This document shows, one piece after another, positions 1-12,217 of a stretch of DNA of 64,000 bases (the stretch's first letter is position 1; every line of letters begins with the position of its first letter). The notes under the pieces are model-generated. The model did not search any database and was not told the origin of the DNA. It saw only the letters and a program-made list of their open reading frames with translations. Source of the DNA: Perna viridis. Lineage: Eukaryota. The DNA is taken from contig CM074522.1 in the NCBI GenBank assembly GCA_037379345.1, forward strand, positions 3,162,001-3,226,000, given 5' to 3'. The translations under genes and the position numbers were made by a program.

Positions 1-769
1 CCTTTTAATACGTACTTGGAGTTTAACCAGCTCCACAAATGCGATTATGTTCTGAAATCTATGAAATTAAAATGGCGGCACATAAACACAGCTATTTTCA
101 ATATGAAAATATCAAATTGTTATCTACAATAGCCCTCATTACATGTATGCTAATTAGTGGCGATGATTTCGTCAACCCAGGCCAGAAAAAAATCCATGTG
201 GAGTTTGATCAACATGAGCCTTATATATATTAGAACATCTGAATATCAAAAGTCCATGTGCAAATTCTGATCAATGTATAAACTACTAATATCAAAATCA
301 TTTGACGTGTTATTGCTTTCGGAAAAAAAATGATAGACAAAGCATTCACTGACTCCCTATTCAAGGTAAATGATTACCACTTTTGGCGTAAAGACAGTAT
401 GGCCTTGTTGCTTTTATCATACTCAGCATGTGTCAGGACAGAAAAAAAATCTAGAACATCAATTTATTGATTTCATAAGTATTGAATCAAATGTGAATAA
501 CAGAAAAGGTGAATAACTGGAGTGTACAGACCACGATCAATGTCTTACAATGTTTTTGTTTTTGTTTTTGTTTTTTTTTTCACATACTTTTTTATCTCAT
601 TCTATAAAGCGTCTGTTAAATATGAAAATCTTATTTTCGGTGATTTAAATAATGTCAGATCAAAAAAAAGTAAGACATGGTAGAAATATGTGATGTTTTT
701 AAATAAACAAATATTCTTAAAAAAAGTCCACCTTGCTTTACAAAGCTGGTAACTGTTAGTCTTAATGAT

Positions 770-2650
770 GTTATACTGACATATAGAGCAAACTTCTGTA
801 TGAATACTTTGAAATTAAACTGTGGTCTCAGTGATGTCCACAACATAATCGGTGTACAAATAAAGGATAATTTAGTGTCTAAAATAAAATATTAAAAAAA
901 AAGAAGTTTTGAAAACTTTAATCAACCTGCTTTCACTGAAGATTTAGTAAAGGTAAAATTTGTAAACATAGAAGAAGCCAATCATGATGACGAAAATACT
1001 ATGAATGATAATTTTGAAAAACAATTTGTAAATGTGCTTGAAAAGGATGCTACAATGAAACTTAAAAAACATTATGCAACACCTGCTACTTTTATGAATA
1101 AAAAGTTAAGATCAGCATGTATAAAAAGAGACAACTTCGTACCAAATATATCAAAAGTAAAAAAAAATCATAACTGGGAAAATACTGCAAAGATAATCTT
1201 GTGACAAATATACAAAAATGACAAAAGTCATGAAAACAAACACATAATATCAAAATTAAAGTTTAAAAATATTGAAGGAAATTTTGTAAACAAGCAAACA
1301 GACATAATAAATATCAGGAAAGCTACAGGTGATGGTATATATTTCAAAATATTGAAACTAGCTGAAGCAGTGATTGCAAAACCCATCACAGAAATTGACA
1401 AATAAACTATTAGAAAACTCTTTATTTCCAATCTAACTAAAGCAGGCCCAAGCCTTACAATTACAAAAAAAAAAGAAAAAGACAAAAACACCACACCCTT
1501 GACAAATGCAACTATGGGTCTGTTTGCATATTGCCAGTCATATCTACATTCTTTGAAAATGCAATTAATTACATCTACCAACTCATGGAATATTTTATTT
1601 TACATTTTCCAACAATCATACTTTTCAGCATTTCGACCTAGATATGGATGTAACAAAATCTTTAAAAATTCATGAAGAACTGAAAGCAATTTCTAGAGGA
1701 AAACAAATGCATGGCATCAATTTTAATGGATTTAAGTGAATAATTCGATTATTTACAGCATGGTATGTTTCCTCAGAAAAGTAAAGATTTTGATTGTTCA
1801 CCGCATGATCTTTTACTTTAGAAATTAAAAGCCTGTGGATTGTCTCAAAATTCAAACTAATAAAAACTACCTTTCTGACAGACAACAATCAGTGAAACTT
1901 GGGAGTTCCACAGGGTTCTATTCGTGACCCTGTATTTTTCAAAATATTCATCAATGACATCTTCCACTTCACGAAAGTGAATAATTCGATTGTTTACAGC
2001 ATGGTATGTTTCCTCAGAAATTAAAAGCCTACAAATTGTCACAAAATACACTCACTTTAAAAAAAATTACCTTTCTGACAGACAACAATCAGTGAAACTT
2101 GGTACAAGACTGAGTTAATGGCAAAACATTTACAAAGGAGTTCGATTTTTTGCCCTGTCCTTTTAAACGTCTTCAAAAATGGCATCTTCCATTTCACGAG
2201 AAAAAACCACTCTATACAATTATGAAGTTGACAACACGCTATCCTATGCTCATTACAACAAATATTGTTATACAAAATCTCGAATCTGACAGTTAAGCAC
2301 TTATTGATTGGTTTTACAATCAAGGCAAATCGAGAAAAGTTTCATATTTTGGCCGTGGAGAAAAACAAAGATCAACATATAAGTTGTCATTTGTCAGGAA
2401 ATACAATCATTTGTGAAAATGGAGTAAGACTACTTGGGGTCACCATTGCCTTTAACTTTTGTCCACTCATTTTGCACTTCTGCAATAAAAACAATAAAGA
2501 CAAAACAAAATGTTAAAAACCCAAGAACAGGCCTTAAGATTTATTGATGAAGAATACCATAGTAACTATGAAAACTACTTCTTTCATTAAGTTTAAAAGT
2601 CTTATTTATGTATGGAATGGCAGCTCGTGCAACGGCACTACATGCAATTT
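770..2650 (+). mobile_element. Degraded CR1/L2-group LINE ORF2 (endonuclease end + RT) remnant
   Basis: Frame-broken RT motifs read directly: CGLSDVHNIIG (~821), KATGDGIYFKILKL (~1320), LMDLS (~1723), GVPQGSIRDPVFFKIFINDIFHF (~1902), LYNYEVDNTL (degenerate YADD, ~2212). Many stops and frameshifts. Boundaries approximate. Confidence 0.8.
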
Positions 2651-2835
2651 ACCTCATGCGTTTATTAAACTAGTATTTTACGTTCCTGTTAATTTTGTAT
2701 TTCTTTCTTTTAGTACCATTTGATCAGCTATCATCAATACAAATGATTAATATGCTTATTGCCAGATGATTATTTTTTAACTTTAGTTGATTTATAGTCT
2801 TAGTTAATTTTTAGAGTTTGCATGGTAGCTCATTT

Positions 2836-2995
2836 GAGAGTAACCAATGGAACCAAGATTAAAAAATTTTAAACAAAAATGTAATCCAGGGACAAAGACC
2901 AGATATTGAAAACAGACATGCACAACTTAGAACATATAATAGACAAAATAATATATACAAAGTATCAAAAGTAAAGGAGCAACTAGGGCTCCTAA
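2836..2995 (-). mobile_element. Degenerate 3' terminal fragment of the PLE repeat
   Basis: gtaatccagggacaaagaccag...gaaaacagacat is the reverse complement of the repeat at 5150-5225. Confidence 0.7.
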
Positions 2996-4920
2996 AAAAA
3001 CTAGAGCTTATGTTGTAATGATTTACATTTACCGACTTGGAATAAACTTTTGAACTTTAAATTGAAAAAAAAATGGAATCCGAAGGCGTGACGATAACAG
3101 GGTTTGGTAGCAGTTTTGCATTTTTAGGGTTAAACTTGAATATAAACTGTTTACTTATAATGTAATGACATTGTCTAAGAAAATTAATTATGAAGTAAAT
3201 AATATTTGTGATATATAGTTATATTATTGTGTCTATAGGATCAACGTAAAACAAGAATGAAATATACAATATTCATGAACAAAGCAAGACCACGGCAACA
3301 GACACAACGAATAATACAACTTATTCAGAAGAAAACAACTACAGACATTTTCGAGAATGGTTGAATAAACTTTGAACTTTAAAACAAAACAAAAAAAAAA
3401 TAAGTGCCTTAAAAACTACGAAAAATATATTCTTTTAGAAAGTACACACACACGCACACATAAAACAACTCAAGAATACAAAAACAAAACAAAACAAAAC
3501 ATTTTTTTTTAAATGTTTAAATGTACTTACAAAGCTTGAACTTAACCATCATTGCATTTTCCGATATTTCTCGCTGACAACGTAACGAATTATTCTTCGT
3601 CTTAAAAAATAAACATTGATTCTCGTTCCTAGAAAACAAATCGCAGTTTACATCCATGGAACATAAAGCGGCTCCAAGTAATTCTGTTTTACAATGACCG
3701 ACAAATATTGGTTCATTTGCATACGACACAAAATCAGTGTGGAAACAGTTAGTATAAAAAATAGCAAATGCTCTCCTTTCTAAAGTAAACATTACAATTC
3801 CGAAAACTACTGCAAATAATCGACGACCAATACAGCTTGGCGACATTTTATTTCAGTATATCATAGACGAGCCTACAATTCTAATTATTTTAAATGGATA
3901 TAGTTCACCTTGATGTGTGTCTCTGAAAAAGATTCCTTTAAAAAGAATTTAGATTGGCTTATCGTGTTTCTTGGAATATATTGTTTCCGTTACAAGACAT
4001 GACCACTAGTAATTATCAGGCACAGAATTCTAGTATTTTTATTTGATAGAGTAAAAAATTTTCAAACGACTAAAAATAACCATTTTTTGTTTGAAAAAAG
4101 GTACACATTTGGGATAAATTTTCTGATTTTCTAGAACAAGTTCTAAAATTTTTGTTCCTCGAATCATCGGTTCAATACGATAAATGAACTACGACCCGTT
4201 GAATAAATCAAATATAAAATATATATATATAATATATATATTTGATGAAATAAGTCCTAAAATGGCAATCATTACTATTTGATATGGTAACTAAATAGAT
4301 CCTGAGGTAACGTAATTTTGATTCCCCCAGCATATGTGTAAACCTATGGTATGATAAAATATGTGTAACTAAATGGAGAATTTTAGTAATCAGTTTATAC
4401 TGGAAGGGATATTAAATAACCAAAAATTAATTCTTGGTTGATGACAAGTACAAAAGGTTATTACATTATATGCGTTGCCAAAATAAAATGACCATGCAAA
4501 GTCTTCATAAGCAAGCAACGTCAGCTTCACGAAAGCTTTAACTTTTACTTTGACCCTTACAAACAACTCCAGCGATATCATTTTTGTTACTGAAATGTAC
4601 TTTTAGGTAACACATCTCCATCTGTTTGGTTAAAGGAAATGTTAAAATGAAATGTCTCCGTTAGGTATATTGTGAATTCTTTCGATATCAATATGCATGT
4701 AAGAACACCACAGCTACCTGTTAAAATGAAATCTTTAGAGAGCGCGACCATTGCAAAGAAAAGTTTAAAACTTTTTAAATTGATTTTATCATTTTGTCTT
4801 TATAAGTCGCTCTTGAAATAGGTTTGAGTTTGTTCTGGCATTTTGACAAACATGTAAGAAAGGCCTCGGTTTGAAAATATGTTTCAGTTGTGTTTCTTTT
4901 TTTTTATTAAATATAATTTA

Positions 4921-5225
4921 AACAGATTTATTCAACGGGTCGTAGTTTTCCTTTCCTCGTTTGTCTACCCCGGACATGGCTTTTTCTGAGCAACTCGGCG
5001 GATGTTTCTAGAAAAGCAGAGGATGCTTACACTACTGGTGCACCTGATCCATGCTCCCAGTTTTTAGTGTAGTCCGAGTTGCTCATTTGCATTTGTTACT
5101 TTGTATGTATGATTTTAGTTACTTTATGTTCTTTGTTGTGTATGTCTGTTTTCCATGTCTGGTCTTTGTCTCTGGATTACATTCGTTTGATTACCGCTAT
5201 AACTTTGGTTCCCTTGATTACTCTT
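4921..5225 (+). mobile_element. PLE 3' terminal repeat copy
   Basis: gagcaactcggcggatgtttctagaaaagc...ggttcccttgattactctt. The same sequence follows the PLE-type RT C-terminus at 26.3-26.6 kb. Confidence 0.8.
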
Positions 5226-7572
5226 TCATTCCATTATGTTCATTATATATTGATTTAACCTTCTACTCTGTATTTCAAATCAATCCGAACCTCCAAATCT
5301 AAGTATGACTGAAATGTGCATTATAGTTATAACAAATATGACAATATTTTTGTTTAAATGAACGATGAATGGCTCAGGAAATGATTTTAAAGTTCCACAT
5401 GAAAGTGGTCAAATTTTGCACAAAAAAGAAAAAGTTATCTTTATTTTGTTACTTTGTACGTATTATTTTAGTTACTTTATATTTTTTGTTGTGTTCGTCT
5501 GTTGTCCTTGTCTGGTTTTGTCATTGGATTACATTTCTTTTTTTTATTAGTATCAAATATTAATATTAAAGGAACTGACCTAAATATTTGTTTTCAATAT
5601 TTGCAGAAACTTATTAAGTACAATGTATACTTGATAGTTTGCGCTTGGAATTAGAGAAGAGTGAATGCGATATAATTTCAAACCTACCTAAATTTTCGCA
5701 AATATGATACAATTTTAACATATTTATTTAATTTGAACAAGTGTGGACATAGACTGGCATTGCCCGACGGCAATACATACGTTTTGTTTTGAACGTGTTT
5801 GCATTGTCTGGAAAACTCCCCCATTTCTTGATATTAATATTTGAATTATGCACATGTTGATAAATATCCATTAACATGTGTTACTAAACATCTAAATGGG
5901 GAACAAATTCCACTATGGATTGCCATTAGACAAGTCATATACATATTACAATGCTTCTTCCTTGAAGCTGTACTTGCATGGATGTATTGAACTTGCTGTG
6001 TCATGTTAAGGATTGACCATTTCACTTTATACACATTAGCGTGATAAAATTCTGGACTCTCATTTTTTGTAGATAAACAAAAGCCTACAGTTGTGGTATC
6101 TGTCAGTTACATGGATGGCCTTTATTTTAAAATGGTAGTGACCATAAACTCAAAATCAAATAATGGCATTTCTTTAGTAGTCAGTAAAATCATATCAAAA
6201 TTTCATAACAATTGATCAACTATATATACTAATTCGGGGTTTGGGAATGCTCCATTTTCATTTCCCTAAGAATTCTGTCAATTCCTTTTCATTAGGACCA
6301 ACTTGGTAGTGTGTGATTTGCCAAGATTTTACATCTATAAGGTCTTTGTTTTCACATTAGTCCTTGTTAAACAGTTCCCTAGCAAAAGAGAATAAAACTG
6401 CATAATGGAAAAAAATTCCTGTTACAGTCATGTACTCAACAGATAAAATTCGATATTCGGATGAAACAAAATTACAATACCGGTATATGAAGGACTTTAA
6501 GGCTAAATCCTTTGATACTGGCTCACAGATAACGCTTCAAAATCAATATTTCAACAAAATCTTGTAATACAATTTTATCAACTTCTTAATAATTAGATAT
6601 ATTTGTAGTCTGCAAAATGTTTCCTCGGACAAAAACTGTATACTACAGTTCTTGTTTTGCAGCTGTATAAAATATATTCAGAGACACTGCCAGTATCGTT
6701 TGGTTTCAGAACCAACGTAACATGTATGTACATTCAGTATTTCAAAACACTGTCATTGACTTTTCTTTAGAATTTCTATTTCATTAAATCCTGTAAATCT
6801 TCACAATTTAATAAAGCTTAGATATTTTTACATGTGTAGTATTGATGTCTTGATACTAATCAAAGCCCTCATAGTTTTAACAGGAAAGCGATTCATCCAT
6901 ATTTGTCTATCTACAAATATAAGAAAAAGAGTAGACATTTATTTTTAATACTTTACAAAAATAATCAAAACAATTTTTTTAACATACACGTAGTTGTATA
7001 TCAATGCCTGCATTTGTTGACTGAATGTATAGTGTTACTCTACATCTATAATCATGTACACTAAATCTAACTGTGCAATTCAAAATCAAGGTCTATTGAA
7101 TATGCTAAGGGAAACATCATCTAACATCACTATGGCTATAAAACATTTTTAAAGAACATTTCATGTGCAATGTGTTTTAACTTGCATGCACATATGTGTA
7201 CAATATCATAAAAAATGAGCTCAGAAAAGGAGATCATAATTACAATCTCAATTCAATTTCCTTAACTATTTCTCCACTTATTATGCTAAAGTTCAAATGT
7301 TGAAAATCAAATTTTACCATTTTCAATGGAGAAATAATACTGAAGGAGAATCTTGATTAATACAACTACATGCACATAGATACAGAAACCTGAAAAATAA
7401 TCAAAGATTATACATACATGTATTTAAGTGTTTTGGTTTCAAAAGCCAGTTAACCGGGTTACCCTTAATGTACTTTTGTACATGTATAAAACATACTTGA
7501 TTTAACAATTGTAGACTTGGCGGACACGTCATACTTGTACAGTTCATAATTAATTTACAATCAATAACATGT

Positions 7573-8075
7573 TTGTTGTTGGGGTTTAACGGCCGAGCAG
7601 CAATATTTCAGCTATATTCAGACGATGAACATGAAATTGATGATAAAATGAAAATGAAATGATGATGAAATGAAAAAAGGGATGGGACACAAGGACAATG
7701 AGGTCGATTGCCACTGCAAATAGGGAGAGGTGGGAAGGGTCGGGCAATTTAGCCTCCTGTGGGTTAGCCCAAGGGTTCCTACTCCGGGAGAATACCACAG
7801 TAGGGTTCTTTAACGTGCGAGGAACGTGGCATCTTTCCCAACACGGTACACAACTATGTTTTGAGGTCAGGTTTTCCGTATTATAGCCTGACAACCCCAG
7901 CATGTAACACACCAGGGGTACCCCATTCCACCACCTGGGACACACATCCCAGTTGCTCTGTGGGCAAAGCGCCCTAGCCCCCGGCTAGGGTTCTGAGTAC
8001 TATTTAGTCGCCTTTTACGACAAGCTTAGCGCTGCTGCAGGCCTATTCTTTTAATACCCGAACCTGCACGGGACC
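7573..8075 (-). mobile_element. ~510-bp SINE-like retroposon, copy 1
   Basis: Highly similar to 15003-15518 and 50649-51160. 11-bp TSD caataacatgt at 7562-7572 and 8076-8086. (AAC/AAAC)n tail. Confidence 0.9.
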
Positions 8076-8976
8076 CAATAACATGTACATAAAGTCATAA
8101 TGTGACGGATTTCTATAAATCGGAAATTTAACATAAAATGATAAGTAACCTTGAAGTATTAAAAAAGACTTTATGTGGTAAATATCTCAAAAAAGAGTAA
8201 TATTTATACGTACAATGTTTAAGTATGAAGGTGATTAAAATTATATGTTTATTTACATGTACAAACTTGACTTTATTTGCACGAAATCATAAACATAAAA
8301 TAGTTAAATTAAAAATAATATTAAGAGTTGTCAGTACATATTTATTCACATTTTGCTGGAGAAAAAAACTTGGGTATGAAGGTTAAATAGAATCCTCCTT
8401 TTAACTGTTCATGTTCCATACACGTATGTATCTATCATGTATATGAACTATTTGACGTTTTGTTGCAAAATACATGGTATTGAGGAATCTGTTAAGTTGG
8501 GATAGTCCAATTAGCTGCCCATTACATCAGTATGAAGTTTCGGGAACTCTACATTATACATATCTAAGTAATGTGCACATAAAAGTACTGTGTACATGTA
8601 AGTACATTCCCGAGGAGCTAGCTCCAACCAACTATAATTTTGCTATAAATGTAAGACGTTTATTTTTTTTTATTTTATATATATGTCAGACTGTATGTAC
8701 CATATTCAATGTGTGGTCTTAATAAAAGAAGAATCTATACCAACCTCCTGCACTGCTTTATGAACATTTTTCCATTGAAAAAAAAATTATCAATTTGAAC
8801 AAATCTATTTCAGAACCGCTTTTGAAAACACAAAACCCAAACCTCATAGTATCTGTATATAAATAGACTACTACTACTACACTGTAAGAGGTTGGAATTC
8901 CGTTTTAACCCAAGTCTGTAAATAGCTTGCCAGACAACCTCTAGCATTGCTGGAGTAATAAATAGACTGTCCGTTC

Positions 8977-9499
8977 AGGCCTAAAAAATGTTACCGGTCA
9001 CCTACCAACCCTCCTTCAGACCCCCTACCCAATGTTTTTATTTGTGATATTGAACAAAAATAATAATTAAAAAGTCGGCAGATTGTCTTTAGAAAATAAA
9101 ACAAAGATGTTTTTTCTATCCTAGATGGAAAAACGAAGTGTTAGAAATAGTGGTTGTTTATATTTAGAATCTATTGTAAACATACATGCCATGAGTGTGC
9201 TCTTGGTCGTGGATAATCCCTTTTGAGATTCAGCACCTGAGATTTTTTTTTGTTTTGACCACCGCCATCAAAACAAAAATATCTCAAGCGCCGAAACCCA
9301 AAAGAGATTTGCCCATGGACTAAGTCTAAAATTGTTAGTTGTTTAGTCTTTGCATGTTTGGTTTTTATTGTATTCTGAGTTTGGTATCACTACAATGACT
9401 TCTTTCATTTCAAAAGTTTTAAATAAAAATAAATCCCTACCTACCGACCCTACAAAGTTTCGGAATGGCGATCCGAAACATTACTTTATTTTCGGCCTT
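8977..9499. mobile_element. Probable MITE with imperfect TIRs (aggcc...ggcct) and cctacc subterminal motifs
   Basis: aggcctaaaaaatgttaccggtcacc at the left end versus ggcgatccgaaacattactttattttcggcct at the right end. Internal palindrome at 9202-9324. Confidence 0.5.
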
Positions 9500-10240
9500 G
9501 GAGATTTCTCATCAATTGACTGGCATGCACCAATAACTTGACATGCATATCTGTCTTACATACACTTAACTGTTGATTTTACCCCGAAAAGTATTTTGCC
9601 GGGTCAAAGATTCAGCAAATGTTGTAGGCTGTACAATATAGCGCGCAGATAACAAATCGGATAACTAGGTCACGGATCGACGTTAAATCACCTGGTTATG
9701 TATTTAATGAACTGAATGAATAAACGTGGTCACATGACTACTATAATTTCCCTGATTACATCATGACCCACATTCACGGGTATGGCTATGCTCGGGGACT
9801 GTGTAAAGGCTTCGTAAGAGACCCCAAATGATAGCCAACGACGTTAAGAAACCCCTCAGTCCATCATGAATTACAAATACCACATATTAGTGCAAACCGG
9901 GTCTAACAGTATTGACTATATATATTAGCACGAAAACAAAAAATAAACTAAATATAAGAACAGTCAGCTGATGGTCAGCGTCTCTCATATCGTGCAAATG
10001 ATTGGATAAAAATGTGTTATGAAATATCTTTGTGGATTTTAGTGGTTTATATCCACAAAGACCGTCGAATTATCAACTCAATGTTCTGCTAGAAGCAACG
10101 ATGCCCCAACTTTATAATGCACGAAATGAAGGATGTAACGTATATACGGAAAGTGATATTGTTTATTGTATTATAACAGGCTAAAGTAGTCTAATTGTAA
10201 CACGAAAGGTGTATACAATTATGAACCCCTCACTTAGAAA

Positions 10241-10301
10241 TTGTGTTTGTGTTTGTGTTTGTGTTTGTGTTTGTGTTTTGTATTTATTTATTTATTTATT
10301 T
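10241..10301. repeat. (GTTTGT)n plus (TATT)n microsatellite
   Basis: Directly visible. Confidence 0.9.
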
Positions 10302-10704
10302 AAGAAAGCTTCTACAGGTAAAGGGACACGGGTAAACCAGAATAATGTCTCCATAATTCTAGTTGCCAAGTTTTCAGAACATACGTCGACACCTGTTTTA
10401 TACTTAAACATTTACATATACGAAGATAAAACAGGAAGTTGAAAATCAAAACTTTATTTCAAGCATGATGATTTGGACTTCACATTTGTAATCTTTCCTT
10501 TTCTAAGAAACAATAAACCAACATTCCTACTTGGAATTTCGTAGTTGCTTTGTTATTATATGTATAGATCATTTACAATGACTTGCTTTGTAGAGACTGA
10601 GTACGGTCAAGTACGTTTTTGAATCAGAGTAATGTTCCGCTTTCGTTTTTAATATCACTACAGATGTGTTATGGTCGTCATTAAAATTTAATTGACCGAT
10701 AAAA

Positions 10705-11057
10705 TAAATCAAGGGAACCAAGATTTTAGTATAAATCCAAAGAATGTAATGCAAGCACAAACACCAGACAAGAAAACGTAATAAAAAACGTACATTAACT
10801 AAAATAATACCTACAAAGTAACAAAAGTAAAAGAGCAACTCGGACTTCACTAAAACCTGGTAGCAAGGACCAGGTGTACTGGAATGGTAAGCGTCCTCAG
10901 CTGTTCAAGAAACACCCGCCGAGTTGCTGATAAAAAGTCAAGTCCGGGGTAGAAGAAAGAGGAAACGAAAATTATGAAATGTTGAAGAGTAATCAAGGGA
11001 ACCAAGGTTATAGCGGTAATCAAAAGAATGTAATTCAGGGACAAAGACCAGACATGG
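10705..11057 (-). mobile_element. Two tandem PLE 3' terminal fragments (~10705-10978 and 10986-11057)
   Basis: Reverse complement of the 4921-5225 repeat. The partial tandem arrangement is typical of PLE termini. Confidence 0.75.
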
Positions 11058-11633
11058 TCAAATCAGTTGAACAAATCAGTTGTCATGGTGCAAATGGATA
11101 CACCGTAATGATCCACGAGGGGTGAGATAAAATATTTCCACGTCTCTTTGATACTTGTATCAGCCCTTCTGGTATAATTTGTCAGAGAAGCTTTGTTTTA
11201 TTACTCACTTCTTTCTCCATTGTACGTTTTTATTCAGAATACCATGACGTAAAGGAAAAAACATTGGATACATTTCATTTCCTTAAAATTCTAACATTGT
11301 TACTGGTAATCAATCTAACTTTCCAATCAAACGACACGCGGAGTTAAATTATAAGAATAAGATAAGAAGGCGTTTGCAACAATGCTGAATACATTTTAAT
11401 ATGCCTTGTTCTTCCACAGACTTTCAATAAATTAAAAGAAATTTTTAATTGGAGTTTATGTAAATATATAACAATTGTAATTTTCTTAATTTTAATAAGA
11501 TAGTCAAGTGTAGTTTCCTTTGCTTTATTATAAACTGGTTAAGATACGCTGAATGTAAAAATGTTTTATAAATAAGGGACGAATGATGCTTTCAGGTAGA
11601 TTTGATAATGGCCTTGAAAAAGTATATTAAAGA

Positions 11634-11720
11634 AAGAGTAATCAAGGAAACCAAGGTTATAGCGACAATCAAAAGAATGTAATCCAGGGACAAAGATCCG
11701 ACATGGAAAACAGACATACA
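11634..11720 (-). mobile_element. PLE 3' terminal fragment
   Basis: aagagtaatcaaggaaaccaaggttatagcg...gaaaacagacataca. Confidence 0.75.
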
Positions 11721-12079
11721 AGCAATGAGATTTTTATTTAATTCTTACTGAAAAAGTCAGAATAAGTAATCGAAATTCTTTTTTAATCTCAATATTTTTC
11801 AATGCGTTATTAGACGTGATCAGTATTTCTACTCCAATGTAGTGATGTAAACATGTCATCCAATAAGCAGAAAGAACACTATGACGCATCTAAACTTTGA
11901 TATAAAATACAATATCCAATGTATTATATAATTTTTAAAAAAAACATGTCATTGTTTCTTTTTTTAGTTAATTTTAACGGCATGTTTCCGTACATTGTAC
12001 AATGAGTTCAATTTAAAACAATCGACGTTAAGCTGATCATGTTCCACTCATGGTCACGAACATTGCCTCTTATATATAT

Positions 12080-12217
12080 AATCAAAAGAATGTAATCCAG
12101 GGACAAAGACCCGACATGGAAAACAGACATACACAACAAAGAATATACAGTAACTAAAATCATACATACAAAGTAACAAAAGCAAATGAGCAACTCGGAC
12201 TCCACTAAAAACTGGGA
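12080..12217 (-). mobile_element. PLE terminal fragment fused to the tRNA-like tandem unit
   Basis: Reverse complement of ~12935-13073. Confidence 0.8.

Noticed and set aside
3517-3846. 109-aa ORF and other isolated short ORFs at 0-14 kb and 50-60 kb
   Set aside because: No recognisable domains or consistent splice partners; expected by chance.
5051-5302. Recurring hydrophobic ORFs (MLPVFS..VAHLLLLLCMYDF) resembling membrane peptides
   Set aside because: They are translations of the T-rich PLE terminal repeat, and the frames differ between copies.
7586-7945. Repeated ORF MCPRWWNGVPL... (also at 15132-15500)
   Set aside because: It lies in the non-coding SINE, starts at GTG, and is frameshifted in copy 3.
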